From Syntrophobacteraceae bacterium (GTDB taxonomy: Bacteria; Desulfobacterota; Syntrophobacteria; Syntrophobacterales; Syntrophobacteraceae): DNA of 64,000 nt. The stretch lies in the NCBI GenBank assembly GCA_049300095.1, contig JBAQYM010000202.1, forward strand, positions 5,890 through 69,889. Direction: 5' to 3'. Of the stretch, positions 44,443 to 54,003 are shown piece by piece. The notes under the pieces were generated by a model. The model made no database searches, was not told the DNA's origin, and saw nothing but the letters and a program-made list of their open reading frames with translations. Positions within the stretch are counted from its first letter, which is position 1, and each line of letters begins with the position of its first letter. Made by a program: the position numbers and the translations under genes.

Positions 44443-44607
44443 CTATGGTCTGTTTTTCCAGTACGTCTCGTACTCTTTTCTCAATTTTTGCCTGGTATGC
44501 TCTCTGGTTACCAAAAACGCCGTCCACGGCAGCAAGAAACCCCGACGATCGGCAAGCACCACGACGTAATCTGCCTCTTCCAGCCAGATATTGAAGACCT
44601 GGCTCAT
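44443..44607 (-). CDS. 54-aa ORF translationally coupled to hsdS (not in the ORF track)
   Basis: Its ATG overlaps the hsdS stop codon in ATGA (44604-44607). Translation: [54 protein letters not shown]. Confidence 0.45.
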   Translation of the reverse strand: MSQVFNIWLEEADYVVVLADRRGFLLPWTAFLVTREHTRQKLRKEYETYWKNRP

Positions 44608-45944
44608 GCGCCGGCCTCCTCGGGAACGGCGATGTCCAGTTCCGACACATCCACCTCGCCGGAGATGAGCCGGGGCAGCAGCAGGTCGCGGGTGCGGCGG
44701 AGTGTAAATGCTTGATCGGCGAGGATCGAAGTGGTTAAGAATCCGAGAAAATCTAACATATTCCGTCGTTCCTGCAAGTCCAAGGGGAAGATAAGATGCT
44801 CCGACTCCAAAAAACGCTGCGACTGGAAGTTGCCAATGCCGTTTGCCGCGACATTTTGATAGAACGCCATCTTTCCTTCATCCCTGAGATGCCGCATATG
44901 TAGGTGAGCCAATGCCGCAAGTGACGGGTCTTTGAAACGATATACCTTACAAAAACTTGCGGCAATTGCAGGATCACGCAGCCGCCCCAGAATGCCATCG
45001 GTGATGAGCAGTGTCGTACCGACACAGCGGCTCTTGGCATTGACTGAGTTCTCCACCAGCAAATCTCCGACTCGGAGTTGACGCTTTTCCTGACTGGACG
45101 GCGCGATAAAACGCTTGGGTGTTCGGAGCGAGGTTCCGGTTACGACGTCGTTAAAATCAGTACCTCGAATGACAAAAACGGGAGCGTCTTCTTTATCGTC
45201 CGGCTCGTCCAGTCCCCAGTCTCCGCCAAGCCCAGACGCCAGGAGGTCGGCAAAGCGAATGGCTTGCCATCCCTCGGGAATCCTGCCGAGGGGGGAATCG
45301 GTGAAGCGAGCGTGCTGGTGGCCGGGGAAGCGGAACTTGACGAACCACTCGCGGTAGAGGTTCTGCGCCATCTCCTCCAGAATCTTGATACGCCGCAGGT
45401 TGTTCTCGATTAGGTCGTCGTAGGCCGAGAGAATGGCGGCGATTTTGCATTGGGTGGTGAGGGGGGGAAGCAGAATGGGAAAAGCACGCAGATAGGTAAC
45501 GTTGGTCTTCGGCACACCACAAGATGTTGACTCAGCAATTATGCGTCGCCTGATGTCTGGGGATGATACATAGTAATAGACATATTCTGGCAAGGCTACA
45601 TCTCGGCGCAAGGTGATCTTCATTTGGTTAGAAGATAGGAGAAAACGCTTGTAACGACTGGTTAGAGGGATAAGCCCTGTCTGGCCTATGGTTCCTTTCT
45701 TTGTAAAGACTATATCGCCAGGGTAGCAGTTACTTCGTTTCAATTGATCAGCCGTTTCAGGCGAAACGTATTTATAGTTTCCATCATTGAAACGCAAATC
45801 TCCAAGAGACAGATTGACACCGCGAACAACGGGAATCCCCTCATCGGTATATAATCGGGCGGGTAGGTCTGATCCAAAAGGACCATCAACTAACCCATAC
45901 TGAGTTGCGGCAATCTCGCCCAATGTGGCTTTGATGAATGTCAT
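44604..45944 (-). CDS. hsdS: Type I restriction-modification specificity subunit
   Basis: Two target-recognition halves separated by a conserved helical spacer ([35 protein letters not shown]), with a C-terminal [19 protein letters not shown]. Confidence 0.85.
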   Translation of the reverse strand: MTFIKATLGEIAATQYGLVDGPFGSDLPARLYTDEGIPVVRGVNLSLGDLRFNDGNYKYVSPETADQLKRSNCYPGDIVFTKKGTIGQTGLIPLTSRYKRFLLSSNQMKITLRRDVALPEYVYYYVSSPDIRRRIIAESTSCGVPKTNVTYLRAFPILLPPLTTQCKIAAILSAYDDLIENNLRRIKILEEMAQNLYREWFVKFRFPGHQHARFTDSPLGRIPEGWQAIRFADLLASGLGGDWGLDEPDDKEDAPVFVIRGTDFNDVVTGTSLRTPKRFIAPSSQEKRQLRVGDLLVENSVNAKSRCVGTTLLITDGILGRLRDPAIAASFCKVYRFKDPSLAALAHLHMRHLRDEGKMAFYQNVAANGIGNFQSQRFLESEHLIFPLDLQERRNMLDFLGFLTTSILADQAFTLRRTRDLLLPRLISGEVDVSELDIAVPEEAGA

Positions 45945-47500
45945 AAAGTTACCCCTTCCAGCAACTTGACCACATTCTCGGCGATCCGCTCTTCGAGTTC
46001 CCTAGCTTCGGCATTCAGGGTTTCGAGTTCTTCGTTCAACTCCTCCAGCCTCTCCTTGAAGTCAAAGTCATCCTCGGCGCGGGCGGCCACGCCCACATAG
46101 CGGCCGGGGTTGAGGCTCCAGCCCTGGGCTTCGATCTCGGAAAGGGTCGCCACCTTGCACAGCCCGGCCACGTCGGCATATTTGGGCTTCTTGCCGAAGT
46201 GTTCGGCCATCAACTCGGCGCTCTCGTGCAGATTTTCGGTTTCCTCGCCCCGGTAGAGCCGGGCGATGTTTGCCAGGAACTCGATCTGCGCCGGGGTCCA
46301 GTCGCGGTGGGCGCGGTCGATCTGGCGGTAGAGATGGCGGGCATCGATGAAAAGCACCCGGTCGGCGCGGGCGGTCTTGCGCTTGCCCTGGTCGAAGAAC
46401 CAGAGGGTGCAGGGAAGGGTCACGGTGTAGAAAAAGTTGGAACCGACCGCCACCATCACATCCACGGCGCGGGCTTCGATCAGTTGCTTGCGGATGTCCA
46501 GTTCCGAGCCGCGGGCGTCGGATGCTGAGTTGGCCATGACGAACCCGGCGCGGCCGGTTTCGGAGAGGGCGCTGTAGAATACCTGAATCCAGAGATAGTT
46601 GGCGTTGTCGGTGCGGGGCAGGCCGAGGGGGAAGCGCGGGGCGTCCTTGAGCCGGTCCTTGTCCACCCGGTCCACGTTGAAGGGCGGATTGGCCATGACG
46701 AAGTCGAATTTGCCGGTGGAGCGGTGGAGGTCTTCGTAGTAGGTGTTGCCCTGGCGGATGTCCCCGGCCAGGCCGTGGACGGCCAGGTTCATTTTGCCCA
46801 GCCGGACGGTTTCGGCCACCTTCTCCTGGCCGTAAACGCTCAGCTCGGCGCCGGGGTTCTTAAGGTGTTCGGTCACAAAACGGGCGCTCTGCACGAACAT
46901 GCCCCCGGACCCGCAGGCCGGGTCGAAGATGCGGCCGTGAAAGGGTTCGATAATGCCGACGATGAGCTGGACGATGGCGGTGGGGGTGAAAAACTCGCCG
47001 CCCTTCTGGCCCTCGCTCATGGCGAAGTGGCCGAGGAAGTATTCGTAAATCTTCCCGAAAGCGTCCCCCTCGATGTCCATGGGGACGGAGTTCATGGTCT
47101 TGAGCAGTTCCTTGAGCAGGGAATTGTCGAAGCGGTTGTACGTCTTGGGCAGCACATCCGTGAGGTCGGGGTTTTCCGCCTCGATGGCGCGCATGGCGTC
47201 GTTTATGGCCGAGCCGATGTTGGCTCCCTCGGGCATTTGGATCAATGCCGAGAACCGCGCTGTCTCGGGCAGGTAGAGCACGCCCCGCGCCTGATAGTCC
47301 GCCGGGCCGATCTTACGCCGCCCACTGCTTTTGCCCGCCAGTGCCTTCGCCGCCGCCTGGAACTTGTGGTCGGCATAGCGCAAAAAGACCAGCCCCAGCA
47401 CCGGCACCGAGTACTCCGAGGACTTCAGCTTGGAATTGGCCCGCAGCTCATCCGCCGCCGCCCACAGGCGGGATTCGATGTTATTGCCGTTATGATTCAT
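45941..47500 (-). CDS. hsdM: Type I restriction-modification N6-adenine DNA methyltransferase subunit
   Basis: Motif [12 protein letters not shown] and motif [11 protein letters not shown]. Start reset to [20 protein letters not shown]. Confidence 0.9.
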   Translation of the reverse strand: MNHNGNNIESRLWAAADELRANSKLKSSEYSVPVLGLVFLRYADHKFQAAAKALAGKSSGRRKIGPADYQARGVLYLPETARFSALIQMPEGANIGSAINDAMRAIEAENPDLTDVLPKTYNRFDNSLLKELLKTMNSVPMDIEGDAFGKIYEYFLGHFAMSEGQKGGEFFTPTAIVQLIVGIIEPFHGRIFDPACGSGGMFVQSARFVTEHLKNPGAELSVYGQEKVAETVRLGKMNLAVHGLAGDIRQGNTYYEDLHRSTGKFDFVMANPPFNVDRVDKDRLKDAPRFPLGLPRTDNANYLWIQVFYSALSETGRAGFVMANSASDARGSELDIRKQLIEARAVDVMVAVGSNFFYTVTLPCTLWFFDQGKRKTARADRVLFIDARHLYRQIDRAHRDWTPAQIEFLANIARLYRGEETENLHESAELMAEHFGKKPKYADVAGLCKVATLSEIEAQGWSLNPGRYVGVAARAEDDFDFKERLEELNEELETLNAEARELEERIAENVVKLLEGVTL

Positions 47501-47778
47501 GGATTCTCCAGGGGAGGTCTTTTGCGATCCAACAATGGATTTTACAGTCTGTACAAAACGACAAACATAGATGCCCGATGGCCTCAAGGAGTTCGAGGGA
47601 CCGTCCACAAGAGAGCATCCCGAATGCGGTCAATCCGATGGCGGATTTCACCGATTACCATGAGGCATGCTCCCTGCCGCATGATCCACGGCGGTACCGC
47701 TGCCTTTCGGCAAAGGCCGCGAAAAACGCCACAAACTTTTGATATAAATTCATAGTCTTGGATTATATCGAATTACTT

Positions 47779-48126
47779 CTACCGAACCTGCCGGGAAGGG
47801 TCAAGAAGGAAACCGGACAGGAGTAAAAGCGGTCCTTTGAATGGGGACAATCTTGGGGCAGTGACGTTTCTCATTCCACTGAACCGTCTTCCGTTTCGAG
47901 GCGCAAGCTGCACTCGGGGCTTGTCATCAAAGCTCTGCTTTTTGAACGCTCTCCATCGTTCGGATCGCTCCCCAGCGTTGCCCTCCGGGTAGGCAAATTG
48001 AGTATAATGGCTTTTCGAGTTCAGGGAAGGCGGTTTCTCCAGCCCCTCGATGCCAAAAACCACCTTAATCTTCCTAATTTTGGTCTGGCGAAAAGGGGTC
48101 AACTTCACTTCCCGTATCATCCTCAT
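47779..48126 (-). CDS. Hypothetical protein (weak call)
   Basis: 115-aa ORF in the same direction as its neighbours. No motif recognised. Confidence 0.3.
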   Translation of the reverse strand: MRMIREVKLTPFRQTKIRKIKVVFGIEGLEKPPSLNSKSHYTQFAYPEGNAGERSERWRAFKKQSFDDKPRVQLAPRNGRRFSGMRNVTAPRLSPFKGPLLLLSGFLLDPSRQVR

Positions 48127-48259
48127 TTCTCCCCTTTCTTTAGTGTTTGGATACCGCTGACCACGCAGAGGCTTCTGATCCTCTCAAACCCAACCCTTCA
48201 CGTCCGCTCCCCTCCTTTTGAATTTCCACCTCAGGAATCCTCTGTGGTGGTTCGAAAAT

Positions 48260-48514
48260 TTATCCTGATCCATGCACCTGTGCTTTCTTTTTGCCGAAAT
48301 TTTGGAAGATCGCGCGCTGCCGCCTATGTTCCCTCGTCTCAGCCGAAATAGCCGGAGATGTGCCCATCCTGTACGGGTGGAGAGGACACGGCTCGGCCCC
48401 TTGATGTGAAACTCCGGCCGGACATTGCCTGATCCATTCCAAGTCGCCGCACGTGCACTGAATACAAAAAGCCCTGATGGCCTTGATTGGTGTAAGTCGG
48501 CCACTTGGTCTCAT
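48260..48514 (-). CDS. Small Cys-rich (zinc-finger-like) phage-associated protein
   Basis: IKAIRAFCIQCTCGDLEWIRQCP...CPLHPYRMG. The start overlaps the ERCC4 gene stop. Confidence 0.5.
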   Translation of the reverse strand: MRPSGRLTPIKAIRAFCIQCTCGDLEWIRQCPAGVSHQGAEPCPLHPYRMGTSPAISAETREHRRQRAIFQNFGKKKAQVHGSG

Positions 48515-49017
48515 TTACGCCCCTCCTGCTCAGATTGCCCGCAGCCCCGGCCACCCTGTTCGTTGCATGCCGCCCGATAGCACTTCCCGATCTCCGCCAG
48601 GTATTTTTCGAGCAGGCTGTATGTCACGTACTCCGCGCCCGCCCTGTTCCCAGCCCATACGAAGGGGACTCGATACCGGACCTGGAAAGTGATGATGCTT
48701 TGTAACACTGCATGGGCTTTCATCTCGGATCGATATTGTCCCCGTCTCACATCGTCAAAGCTGCCCTCCACCACAACGGCGAACAGATCGAAATGCCGCC
48801 CCCTGTGTAGCTCCCGCACGAACCGGTCCCGGTTCGTGCCCTTTAAACAGCCGACCAAATCTTCGAGGCCCTTACGCTCGATTGCCACGCGGTCCTCGAA
48901 GCCCGGCAGACTGTAGTCTCCGGTCGGCAGTGCTGCCCTCTCGATCCGAACGCCGCCATAGCGCTCGTGCTCGAAGCTGTAAAAGGCCTGCTCGCGGCTA
49001 TCGACCAAAATTCGCAT
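48511..49017 (-). CDS. ERCC4/XPF-type nuclease domain protein
   Basis: ILVDSREQ ... PTGDYSL ... VAIERKGLEDL, the ERCC4 catalytic signature. Confidence 0.75.
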   Translation of the reverse strand: MRILVDSREQAFYSFEHERYGGVRIERAALPTGDYSLPGFEDRVAIERKGLEDLVGCLKGTNRDRFVRELHRGRHFDLFAVVVEGSFDDVRRGQYRSEMKAHAVLQSIITFQVRYRVPFVWAGNRAGAEYVTYSLLEKYLAEIGKCYRAACNEQGGRGCGQSEQEGRK

Positions 49018-49019
49018 GC

Positions 49020-49643
49020 TTATTCCTCCCGATGCCCTTCAGGTTCCGGCAGGAGGCGGACATTCTTGCTTTCCGGCTGAAACTGGCTCAACCCGCCGGA
49101 CTCCAGGAAAGCCCGTACCTTCTCTGGCGTCCCGATTACCTTCGGCGGCATGCTCGGGACTTCACCTTTTCCCTGCCTGTGCTTCCATCTCCAGTCACCG
49201 AGTTCGTAGGTCTGCAGGCTGGTGGTTGCCGTGTAGACTTTCAAAAACTTCTGCAAAAGGAACTGAGCATCCTTTCCCTTGCAACCGCCCGCCATCCTGT
49301 CCCATCCGCCAAGTGCGTCAACGGTTTGGGTAACTTTTGGATCGACGAAGATAAGACCCTGCCCCGACTGCACTTCCTCCGCCGCACGTTGAACCTCCAA
49401 CCAGGCTCCAAGTGCCTGCTGCTCATTTCGCCCCTCGATCTCATCAATGATTTCAGCCGGGGTCGGGATTCTTCTAAAACATTTCCACCGCCGCACCCCC
49501 TGGTGGACAGCATGTTCAACTTCCTCATTCGTGTAGTCGGCGAGCGCGCGCCAATACAGCTCCGCGAGGGCCTTGCTGATATCCTTGTCGTACAGTTCCC
49601 CAAGCGCAGACAGGATACCCTTAAATCTGTTCTCGTCGGTCAT
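49020..49643 (-). CDS. Phage-like hypothetical protein (replication module)
   Basis: 207-aa ORF overlapping the upstream replication-organiser-like gene by 4 nt. Confidence 0.5.
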   Translation of the reverse strand: MTDENRFKGILSALGELYDKDISKALAELYWRALADYTNEEVEHAVHQGVRRWKCFRRIPTPAEIIDEIEGRNEQQALGAWLEVQRAAEEVQSGQGLIFVDPKVTQTVDALGGWDRMAGGCKGKDAQFLLQKFLKVYTATTSLQTYELGDWRWKHRQGKGEVPSMPPKVIGTPEKVRAFLESGGLSQFQPESKNVRLLPEPEGHREE

Positions 49644-50440
49644 TGTGGCCCTCCCGGTCTCCAGTCCTTAAGATTCTCGATGGTCCTCGCCGTTTTCTCA
49701 GACACCAAGCCCACCGAAGATAACGCCGCGGGGGCTTCGTCCTCCCAGCGCCGGCCCTTCAAAAAGCTCGAAGGCAGGGGGATGTACTGCCCTTTTTCCT
49801 TGCGCCACTCATGGCTTGCGGCTCTGGAGGTTACGGCTTGGATTATCGTCTCCGTAAGGGCATCATTGGGGGAAAGCTTGTTCCATGCCTTAAGCGCGGC
49901 CAGCCTGTTCTGTTTTTTCGGGTAGGCTGTGAAGAATCGGCGGAATGTATCGCTTTCGGAGGCGTCTTTCCTCTTTGTCGATGACGCGCGCTTGGCACTG
50001 GCATTCTCAGCGCGGGCATCCCCCCTCCGGGGGACTATAGGGGGAGAATCAGGAATCGGGTATCCGGAATCAGGAATCAGGAATCCGGAATCAGCCGGGC
50101 AACTTCTGTTCTCGCCCGGTGCTGGAATGGTGCTCTTCTTCTCCGCGCGATGAGGGTTCTGATGTTTAGTAAAATTGACCACTTGGATGTATGAAATTTC
50201 AGAATTGCTAACCTTATAGCAGATGAGGAAGCCCTTGCACTCCAGTTGCTGAAGAAGTTCAACAACCTCGCAACTGTCGTATGGAAGCAATTCGGCCTTA
50301 ATCCGTTTTGGTCGATACTCTAGCCTGCCCTTACGGTCAGCCATGCACCAGAGGCCAGCGAAGAGTATTCTTGCCAGCGGATCGCACTCGCTCAGGTCTT
50401 CATTCTTGAAAAACCCCGGTTTGATATTGCGTGCTCGCAT
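49640..50440 (-). CDS. Phage replisome-organiser-like / replication initiation protein
   Basis: N-terminus MRARNIKPGFFKNEDLSECDPLARILFAGLWCMADRKGRLEYRPKRIKAELLPYD. C-terminal FRRFFTAYPKKQNRLAALKAWNKL...EWRKEKGQYIPLPSSFLKGRRWEDE. Both blocks are common in prophage replication proteins. Confidence 0.65.
   Translation of the reverse strand: MRARNIKPGFFKNEDLSECDPLARILFAGLWCMADRKGRLEYRPKRIKAELLPYDSCEVVELLQQLECKGFLICYKVSNSEISYIQVVNFTKHQNPHRAEKKSTIPAPGENRSCPADSGFLIPDSGYPIPDSPPIVPRRGDARAENASAKRASSTKRKDASESDTFRRFFTAYPKKQNRLAALKAWNKLSPNDALTETIIQAVTSRAASHEWRKEKGQYIPLPSSFLKGRRWEDEAPAALSSVGLVSEKTARTIENLKDWRPGGPQ
50045..50093. repeat. Seven tandem heptamers (GGAATCN)7 inside the replication gene
   Basis: AGAATCA GGAATCG GGTATCC GGAATCA GGAATCA GGAATCC GGAATCA. 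Encodes the inter-domain linker DSGFLIPDSGYPIPDS. Confidence 0.85.
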
Positions 50441-50457
50441 GGTATTAGCCCCCCGGT

Positions 50458-50727
50458 CTACGCCGCCGCTCGTTGCCGGGTCTGCAACCACTCGACTAAG
50501 GCCTCGCGTGTATAGCCGACGCGGTTGCCAAGGTATATCTTGGCCGGCCCTTGCCCTGGTCGGTAGTCGAAATTCTGCATGGTCGCGCGGCGATAGGGAA
50601 GCCCCAGGCGCTCGGCGTAGTGGTCCCAGCGATGCCGCCAGATGATCGGGGGGGCGGCTTCTAAAAGAAATGTCCAGTCGATTATGGGGTTTTGCGGGTG
50701 GGTCTTGCCATGTCCTTGTGTGTGCAT
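50458..50727 (-). CDS. Excisionase/AlpA-like DNA-binding protein
   Basis: HYAERLGLPYRRATMQNF...AKIYLGNRVGYTREALVEWLQTR resembles HTH_17-type excisionases. GGAGGG lies 5 nt upstream of the ATG at 50727. Confidence 0.5.
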   Translation of the reverse strand: MHTQGHGKTHPQNPIIDWTFLLEAAPPIIWRHRWDHYAERLGLPYRRATMQNFDYRPGQGPAKIYLGNRVGYTREALVEWLQTRQRAAA

Positions 50728-51732
50728 TGAAGCCCTCCATAAGTTATGAGGGCCGCTGGTGGTGAGGAGTGAAATGAAAATAAAAGGCTCCTCAGCCGCA
50801 GCGAACACCTCGCCACAGTGAAGAGCCTAAACAGTGCACCCAATTCCCCCACAAAGGCATCAGGACGACGCCTTTTACCCAGCAGACGCCACTCGCAGAT
50901 CGGTGTTGGCGCCAATGACCTGAGCTATTGTCAGGCCGTTTAGCAGGGGCAAGGTACCCACCCTGCTGGGTGGGATCATTCCAGCCCTGGGAACAAGCAC
51001 ACTTTTATCTCTATCCCGCGATGAATTCTGGATCACCCATCGCAACGTGATAATGCTACCTTCATTAATGACTTAAAATCAAGTATTTTCGTCTAATTCG
51101 GGACCAACCTATCATAACGTCAAGTGCCTAAAATGCTTACGAATAATGCGCAACCACTTTTCCTAAGGACGTTATTTGGTTTTTAAGGAAAATGGGGGGA
51201 CTCCTTAAGGGGGAAAATCTCGCATGGAAAACGGCCCGCTTCAATTTTTAGGGGAGGTAGCTTTTTTTGAAGATGGGGGGTAGGTATACCCTCCTGGATC
51301 GGGTGCACACCTGCACAGCGCCCCTAAATTCGGCTCCTGGTCTCCGTTTACATTGTGATTTGGCGATTGCACACCCCTTGCACGTCCCCGACTTGGCCTT
51401 AACACCAGAAAGCGCTTATGGAAAATGAGGATGTCGATGTAGAGGGAGGGGACCCATCTCGCGCCGCGTCCGGCCTCAAAAGGGGATATGGGGGGGCTTT
51501 GCCGGACAAGTGCCGAGGAGGGCTTTCCCCCAGGCCGGGGGGCGTTCGGCACTGGGAATCACCTGCAGGGATCACGGCCAAGGGTATTCATCCTCTCGGT
51601 ATGTCCCGCCGGAGGAGCCGGATTGCCAGGGAAGCCTTCCGCCCCGATGGGGCCTTATTGCTTTGGTAAGTCATTCGGATCGGGATTCGAGGTCCGTTGA
51701 ATTGAGGGAGGTGGGACAAACCCCGTTCCTGA

Positions 51733-51757
51733 AAAAAGCGGGACAGGAGCGGGACAA
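51733..51757 (+). repeat. 25-nt repeat AAAAAGCGGGACAGGAGCGGGACAA, tRNA-proximal arm
   Basis: Identical to 25602-25626. A related GTGGGACA lies at 51711-51718. Confidence 0.7.
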
Positions 51758-51814
51758 GATAGGTTTACAAGCAAAATGGGTTACGGTGATCTGCCATAAC
51801 CCATTGCTTTTACT

Positions 51815-51889
<75 letters not shown>

Positions 51890-51898
51890 GCCGGCCTC

Positions 51899-51928
51899 TA
51901 AATAGTGATGTTTTGCACCCGATGTCAA
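51899..51928 (-). promoter_or_regulatory. Sigma-70-type promoter of tRNA-Arg
   Basis: On the minus strand: TTGACA (51923-51928), 18-nt spacer, TATTTA (51899-51904). Ends 9 nt before the mature 5' end. Confidence 0.45.
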
Positions 51929-52152
51929 CCCTCTTTCGGGAGGTCCGCGTTTTTGAGCGGCTGTACTGTGCCCCCCGGGATCGGGCGCATGCTTTTTGTT
52001 TTGCGTTTTTTACCAAAAAATAGTTAGTTTGCAGGGTCAAAAAAATCCGTTGGAGTCAGCCCGATAGATACGGGGGCAAAGCGATCGGGAGCAGTTTTTG
52101 GAAAAACAGGGCCGGGAGTGTAGACTTTTACCGGCCAGGGGAGGTCTTTTTT

Positions 52153-52341
52153 ATGAGCCGTTCGACACAATGGCTGAGTCTTGTCGCGGGGATCGTTATT
52201 TTTGGATACGGAATCATGAAGCTCTTCAACGAAGGGGATTGGGTCCTCTTTGTTCTCGGGCTGCTCATCGTTGCTTTCAGCGTTTCAAAAATGGTAAAGA
52301 CCGGAATGGGCGGGGGGCCGGGGTCCGACCGGAAAGATTAG
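52153..52341 (+). CDS. Small two-helix membrane protein
   Basis: 62 aa: WLSLVAGIVIFGYGIMKLF...WVLFVLGLLIVAFSV. GGGGAGG upstream. Confidence 0.45.
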   Translation: MSRSTQWLSLVAGIVIFGYGIMKLFNEGDWVLFVLGLLIVAFSVSKMVKTGMGGGPGSDRKD

Positions 52342-52509
52342 GACCGCCCGACGGTATTCCCCGGGTTATCGAATCGGTCAAGGACCCGCAAAGACAGGCA
52401 AAAGGACAACCCCCTTGACGCGGCGAGGCAAATAATCTAACTTTGCTCGCTTTGGCATGCCGCCGTCGCAATATCGCAAATCAGCAGGGAAAAGGCTTTG
52501 TCGCACGCT

Positions 52510-54003
52510 ATGGAAGATCTCAATGTCGTTACGCGGGAGCGTTTGGAGAAGGCCGCCAAGCTCGAGAGGCAGGGCGTGGCGCTCTATCCCAACGGCTATC
52601 CCGTGCCGCACAAGATAAAGGACCTGATAGAATCCGCCGGTGACAAAACGGCTGAAGAGATCCAGGCGGACCCGGGGTCCCACACCGTTGCGGGCAGGGT
52701 CCTCGCGGTGCGTTCCTTCGGCAAGTCCACCTTCATGCACATTGCCGACGCGGACTCGAAGATACAGATATATATCCAGCAAAACCAGGTCGGAAAAGAG
52801 AGCTATCAACTGGCGAAAAAGCTCGATATCGGGGACATTATCCGCGTGAGCGGCCCGCTTTTCCGAACGAAGACAAACGAACTCACGGTGCAGGTACTCG
52901 AGTTTGTGCTGCTTACCAAGAACCTGCGGCCTCTTCCGGAAAAATACCACGGCCTCAAGGACATCGAGCTGCGATACCGGCAGCGCTACGTGGACCTGAT
53001 CGTAAACGAGCAGGTGAGGGAGACGTTCCGCAAGAGGGCCGGGATCGTACAGGCGATCCGGCGGTTTCTCTCGGATCGCGGTTTCCTCGAGGTGGAAACG
53101 CCCATGATGCAGGCGGTCCCCGGAGGGGCGACGGCGAAGCCGTTCAAGACGTTCCACAATGCGCTCAACATGGACCTCTACCTTCGCATAGCCCCTGAGC
53201 TCTACCTCAAGAGACTGCTGGTGGGCGGGTTCGAGCGCGTGTACGAACTCAACCGCAATTTCCGAAACGAGGGGATCTCGACGCAGCATAACCCCGAGTT
53301 TACGATGCTCGAATTCTACCAGGCCCATGCGACATACGAAGACCTGATGGACCTGACCGAGGAGCTGTTCGGCCAACTGGCCCGGGAAGTAAACGACGGG
53401 AATTTGCGGCTCGAATACCAGGGCCAGGTCATCGACCTCTCGCCTCCCTGGGCTCGGTACAGCCTGCGCGATTCGCTCGTACGGATCGGCGATATTCCGG
53501 AGGACGCGATCTATAACTTCGACGATGCGGTGGCTGTGGCGAGGTCTCTGGGCATCGGGATCGAGAAGTTCGAGGGCCACGGAAAGCTGCTCACGAAAAT
53601 CTTCGACGCGGTGGTCGAGCCCAGGCTCATCCAGCCCACGTTCATCTATGAGTATCCGCTGGAGGTTTCGCCCCTGTCGCGCAAAAACGAGGCGAACCCG
53701 GAATTCGTGGACCGTTTCGAGCTATTCATCGCGGCCCGCGAGATGGCAAACGCTTTCTCGGAGCTTAACGATCCGCGCGATCAAAGCGAGAGGTTCACGG
53801 CGCAGATCGAGGCGCGCCGCGCCGGCGACGAGGAAGCCCATTTCATGGACGAGGACTACGTCCGCGCCCTGGAGTACGGGATGCCCCCGGCGGCCGGCGA
53901 GGGGATCGGGATAGACCGCCTGGTGATGCTGTTCACCGATTCGCCTTCCATCCGCGACGTTATCCTGTTCCCGCATATGAGACCGGAAAAGAAAACTCCA
54001 TGA
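52510..54003 (+). CDS. lysS: Lysine--tRNA ligase (class II)
   Basis: OB-fold N-domain. Motif 2/3 region RNFRNEGISTQHNPEFTMLEFYQAHATYEDLM ... GMPPAAGEGIGIDRLVML. Confidence 0.95.
   Translation: MEDLNVVTRERLEKAAKLERQGVALYPNGYPVPHKIKDLIESAGDKTAEEIQADPGSHTVAGRVLAVRSFGKSTFMHIADADSKIQIYIQQNQVGKESYQLAKKLDIGDIIRVSGPLFRTKTNELTVQVLEFVLLTKNLRPLPEKYHGLKDIELRYRQRYVDLIVNEQVRETFRKRAGIVQAIRRFLSDRGFLEVETPMMQAVPGGATAKPFKTFHNALNMDLYLRIAPELYLKRLLVGGFERVYELNRNFRNEGISTQHNPEFTMLEFYQAHATYEDLMDLTEELFGQLAREVNDGNLRLEYQGQVIDLSPPWARYSLRDSLVRIGDIPEDAIYNFDDAVAVARSLGIGIEKFEGHGKLLTKIFDAVVEPRLIQPTFIYEYPLEVSPLSRKNEANPEFVDRFELFIAAREMANAFSELNDPRDQSERFTAQIEARRAGDEEAHFMDEDYVRALEYGMPPAAGEGIGIDRLVMLFTDSPSIRDVILFPHMRPEKKTP

Noticed and set aside
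50045-50093. Heptamer array considered as a CRISPR-like or minisatellite locus
   Set aside because: The units are contiguous 7-mers with no spacers and lie inside a CDS, so this is not a CRISPR array.
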